From positions 62,001-126,000 of the forward strand of contig OZ037834.1 of assembly GCA_964035575.1 (NCBI GenBank): a stretch of DNA of 64,000 bases. The letters are read 5' to 3'. The translations under genes were made by a program, and so were the position numbers. Shown here in pieces: positions 60,631-64,000 of this stretch. How positions within the stretch are numbered: the first letter of the stretch is position 1; every line of letters starts with the position of its first letter. The notes under the pieces were generated by a model that was not told where the DNA came from, made no database searches, and worked only from the letters and a program-made list of their open reading frames with translations. Source of the DNA: Rhynchopus sp. YZ270_cl-10 (Eukaryota).

Positions 60631-62752
60631 TCATTTCTTGGAGACCTTACGCTTCTTGGCCACCTTCGCCGCTGCGGGTGTCGCTGCCGCTGCCTTTTTT
60701 GCTGCTGAGAGCTGTTCCAACTTCCCGGATTTTTGGGCAGGCTTGGTTGCCTTCTTCACCTCGCCTGCGACCACACCCTTTACAGAGGAATCCCGTGCGG
60801 AGGAGTGGGGCACGTACTGTGGGGGAGGGAGGGTGGTAGAATAGATTTTGTTCTGTTGTTCTTAAAACAGTTAGTTACATTGGGTGCTAGGGGAAAATGA
60901 AACGAAAAAAAAAGTGGGGACAAAAGACAAAGTGGTATGTCTTGAAAAGGTTGGGGGAACTGAAGGCAAAGAATTTAGTTCATTTTTTTGCCCCCCTTTT
61001 CTTCCATTTCATAATGTATGATCGTGACAACCTTTGCATAGAACCCTGCTACAGTCCACAAAAAACCCCTTATTTGTCAAGCCCTTGATGCATACCTCCA
61101 GGCCAAGGGGCGCCAGCTGGTTCTCGAACCCACGGAACTCGTAGTCGATACCCGCCTTGGCAAGCTTGGCGTTGACCTTACGCTCGGTGGTGACGAAGTT
61201 CATGAGCTTCTTCTGCCACGGTGCCTCGGACAGCTGTGCGTAGGTGCGCACCTTGCCGTTGATACGGATGTCCTCGTCAAGCTTCTGCAGGGTGCGCATC
61301 TTCATCCCACGCCACAGGCTTTTATGCACCTTTGCAGGGTCCACTTGCGCAACATCGAGCACCTGGGAGAGAGAGGATGTGAGGGTGTGAGAGTGAGAGA
61401 TCTTATGTACAAATAGAAGGCACCCAATGAGGTCCAAAAGCGAATTTTAAAAAAAAATAAAACTGCAGTCGTTGAAGAAGTGAAGTTATTGATGCAGGCA
61501 CCTCCAACTGACCCCCCTGTACAATGCCAGCCATCCGGATGAAAGCACAAAGTACCCTGCGGCCTATAACAGTAGATAAAAAAAAACACGAGGAGGGGTT
61601 CATTTATTGTGGCGGACGAGGGAAGGAAAATACACCGAGTGAGGGTTTTATATTAGGTGTAGGTTTTCCCTAGCATTTGTATAGCGTGGGGCGGTGCGCA
61701 TGGTACACATGATGGTGAAGGAAATAACTTGAGAATTGTGGTTTTATTCGTGGTTATTCCGTTGTAAGCCAACGGTGAAGTAGAAGGGCCCTTTCGCTAA
61801 ATTATCAAAAAAAAAAAGGCATCTTGCCTCGAATAGCTAGGGGCAACAGAGAGGGAGGTGCCATTTAGGTTGACTGCCATACCTTGCCCGTAATGAACGT
61901 TCCCTTGAGCTCCTCAGCCACTGCCTCTGCCACTTCTTTGTCTTCGTATTGCACAAACCCGTAACCTATGTGTGGTGTGATGTGGTGGGTATGCGGGGTA
62001 GTTCATGTATCTCAACTCCATTGGTACTCCTGAAAACCCTATATTGCGTACTTGTTGCGCACTTAGTGCGTAGTTGTTGTGTGCTTGGTATTTTGGATTT
62101 CTGGAGTACCATACATTCTATAGAATGATACCATAAGGTAGTTCATGAAAAAAGTGGTAAAAACTGTGTAGTTGTTGATGCAGGCACCTCCGACTGACCT
62201 ACTGTGCGATGCCAGCCATCTGGATGAAAGCACACCAGTACCCTGCGGCCTACAACAGTAGATGTAAAAAGGAAACCTAATGAATGACCTTTAAAAAAAA
62301 CGAAGCATTGGTTGGTTCTCTGTATTGATTTGGCTTTTGTTTTTTTTTTTTTTGTCCAAAAAAGCATTTTAGTTTGGTGTTACAACTGCAAAAAGATAAG
62401 GACAAAGCAAGATTGCTTTTTTAACTTTACTAAGCATCTACAGCTAATGGGACATCATACCTTTCGATTTGCCGGTTTTTTTATTTCTGGAAATCCTCAA
62501 ACGCAGGATTTTCCCGTATTGCGCAAGGAAGTTGCGCATCTGTTTTTCATAGTAACCGTGGGGAATGTGGCCAATGTAGAGCACACCGGTCTTCTTGTCG
62601 GTTGTCTTCTTCCCTGCCACCTTCTTCACCTTCTTCACCGTCTTCACTGCCGCCTTTGCCGCTCCCGTTTTCTCCACCTTTCCTCCCACCACCAAGGACA
62701 CCTTCTTCGCACCCCCCTTCTTTGCTGTTTGTTTCAACGCCGATTTCCCCAT
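60631..62752 (-). CDS. NIFK: Nucleolar RRM protein, NIFK/Nop15-like. Exons 62752-62461, 61965-61883, 61362-61096, 60816-60631
   Basis: [43 protein letters not shown]; later [16 protein letters not shown] donors with consistent phases. Confidence 0.92.
62022..62111. mobile_element. Intronic TGGTACTCC MITE
   Basis: TGGTACTCC ... GGAGTACCA; flanks TCCAT / TACAT (5-bp TSD with one mismatch). Confidence 0.8.
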
Positions 62753-63366
62753 TTTATTTTTTTTCTGGGTCTCTTGTGTAGATATGTCTGTGGATAGGTT
62801 TAGTTGGTGCAAAATAGTAAGTGTTTTTATTTTTATTTTGATAAATTGTTGGAGTAGTAAAATTGATGACGTGTAGACACCTCGCTTTTTTTTATCGTGT
62901 GAACTCCACGCAGCCTTTCCTCGCCTATCTCTCGTTTCGTGGATACCGCTACTACGTCCTACTCCCGCCTCCACTCGTCAGGTAACGAACGGGGATCATT
63001 GGATGCCCAGGGTAGCTAGGCCCCGGGTGAGATAGGTTTGGGCAGACTTTATCCCTGCGTCAGAGTGCGGCCAAGGCTTTTTTTTCCCTCCCCTTTTTTT
63101 CCGTTGAACGCAACCAAATAGGCTGGTGGTAGTGTCAATGGGTGGCGAGATGCTTTTTTTTTCCCCCTTTTTTTTTTGTTGGTTTCTACATTGCATGAAA
63201 TGGGGGGAAGAAAGAGAGAGAGAGGAGTTCAAAGTGCAAATTCTCTCTCTCTGTTCGATTTGTGCTTTTTTATTTTGAAAACTTGGTTGTATTAGTGTAG
63301 CCACCCTAGAGTGTCCTCCACTTATTTTACAGAGTTACCTTCAACTCCTTTCTTCTCCCCCCCTCC

Positions 63367-64000
63367 TCACCGACCCTTTTGCGCCTGCTTTACACTTTTG
63401 ATTACCCTCAGAATCGTCTCCTTTGAGAGCCTCTCCCAACAGAACGTACTCCCTAAGGTATCCCAATGTGTCGTCAACGTCGCCACAGCAGCTGCAACCA
63501 AATCCTCACGGGTGTAACGCTCTGCGTCTTGCAGGGCTTGTTCACATGAATGTGGGGTGCGTGCACGATCTAGGAGCAAAGTGTTACATAGGGCAACCAG
63601 CTTTTCTATACGAAGCACATCCGCAAGCACGGCAACTGCATGCAAGAGATCATCCTTAGGCGCTACTCCCGCATAGAGGTATGCTACTAAACTGAAGAGC
63701 GTTCCGACTGGGTCAGACACAACCACATTCCTCTGAGCGACAAGACGACATACATCGATTCTCACTGTCCTCTCTGAGCTTAACCCATTTCCCCTATCCA
63801 GACATTCCGCAAAGTACGCACTCCGTGCACACAGTATTGCGGAATGCACTGCGATCTGCGTCACCCCTTTGACCACCTCTACCCCAGGCACCTCTAATAG
63901 TACGTCAGCGCTGCACGGTGTTGCAGACTCTTTTTGCTTTTCATAACGTTGTGCCACCTCAAGCATTGTGTTTCCTGTTAAGAGCATTGCGAGGAGATCT
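63367..64000 (-). CDS. BTB/POZ-domain protein (5' part beyond the window edge)
   Basis: SADVLLEV...IAVHSAILCARSAYF...LVAYLYAG...ADVLRIEKLVALC; frame open to the window end. Confidence 0.88.
   Translation of the reverse strand, partial: DLLAMLLTGNTMLEVAQRYEKQKESATPCSADVLLEVPGVEVVKGVTQIAVHSAILCARSAYFAECLDRGNGLSSERTVRIDVCRLVAQRNVVVSDPVGTLFSLVAYLYAGVAPKDDLLHAVAVLADVLRIEKLVALCNTLLLDRARTPHSCEQALQDAERYTREDLVAAAVATLTTHWDTLGSTFCWERLSKETILRVIKSVKQAQKGR

Noticed and set aside
61484..62251. Hammerhead ribozyme or C/D snoRNA for family B
   Set aside because: CTGA and GAAA are present, but there is no CUGANGA core and no RUGAUGA/CUGA box pair on the sense strand

Overview
Eukaryotic, repeat-dense DNA. 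It most likely comes from a euglenozoan protist such as a diplonemid. This is an inference from the rRNA-fragment sequence, GT(ATG)-AG introns, co-oriented genes and BspA-like LRR genes. All credible protein genes lie on the minus strand: three tandem UBL-LRR genes, an NDUFA12-like subunit, a 3-exon MFS transporter, a 4-exon NIFK/Nop15-like RRM protein, a BTB protein cut by the window edge, and three hypothetical proteins. The rest is a nest of non-autonomous TIR elements, transposase and LINE remnants, scrambled 18S/28S rRNA fragments and three long satellites. Most notable are: (i) a set of TGG...CCA MITEs with exact 5-bp target-site duplications (TSDs) that I cannot place cleanly in a named superfamily; (ii) ~1.2-kb fold-back elements sitting in poly-C/G tracts; (iii) satellites that appear to have grown out of subterminal repeats inside TIR elements. 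No CRISPR array, intact rRNA or tRNA gene, or intact autonomous transposon was seen.
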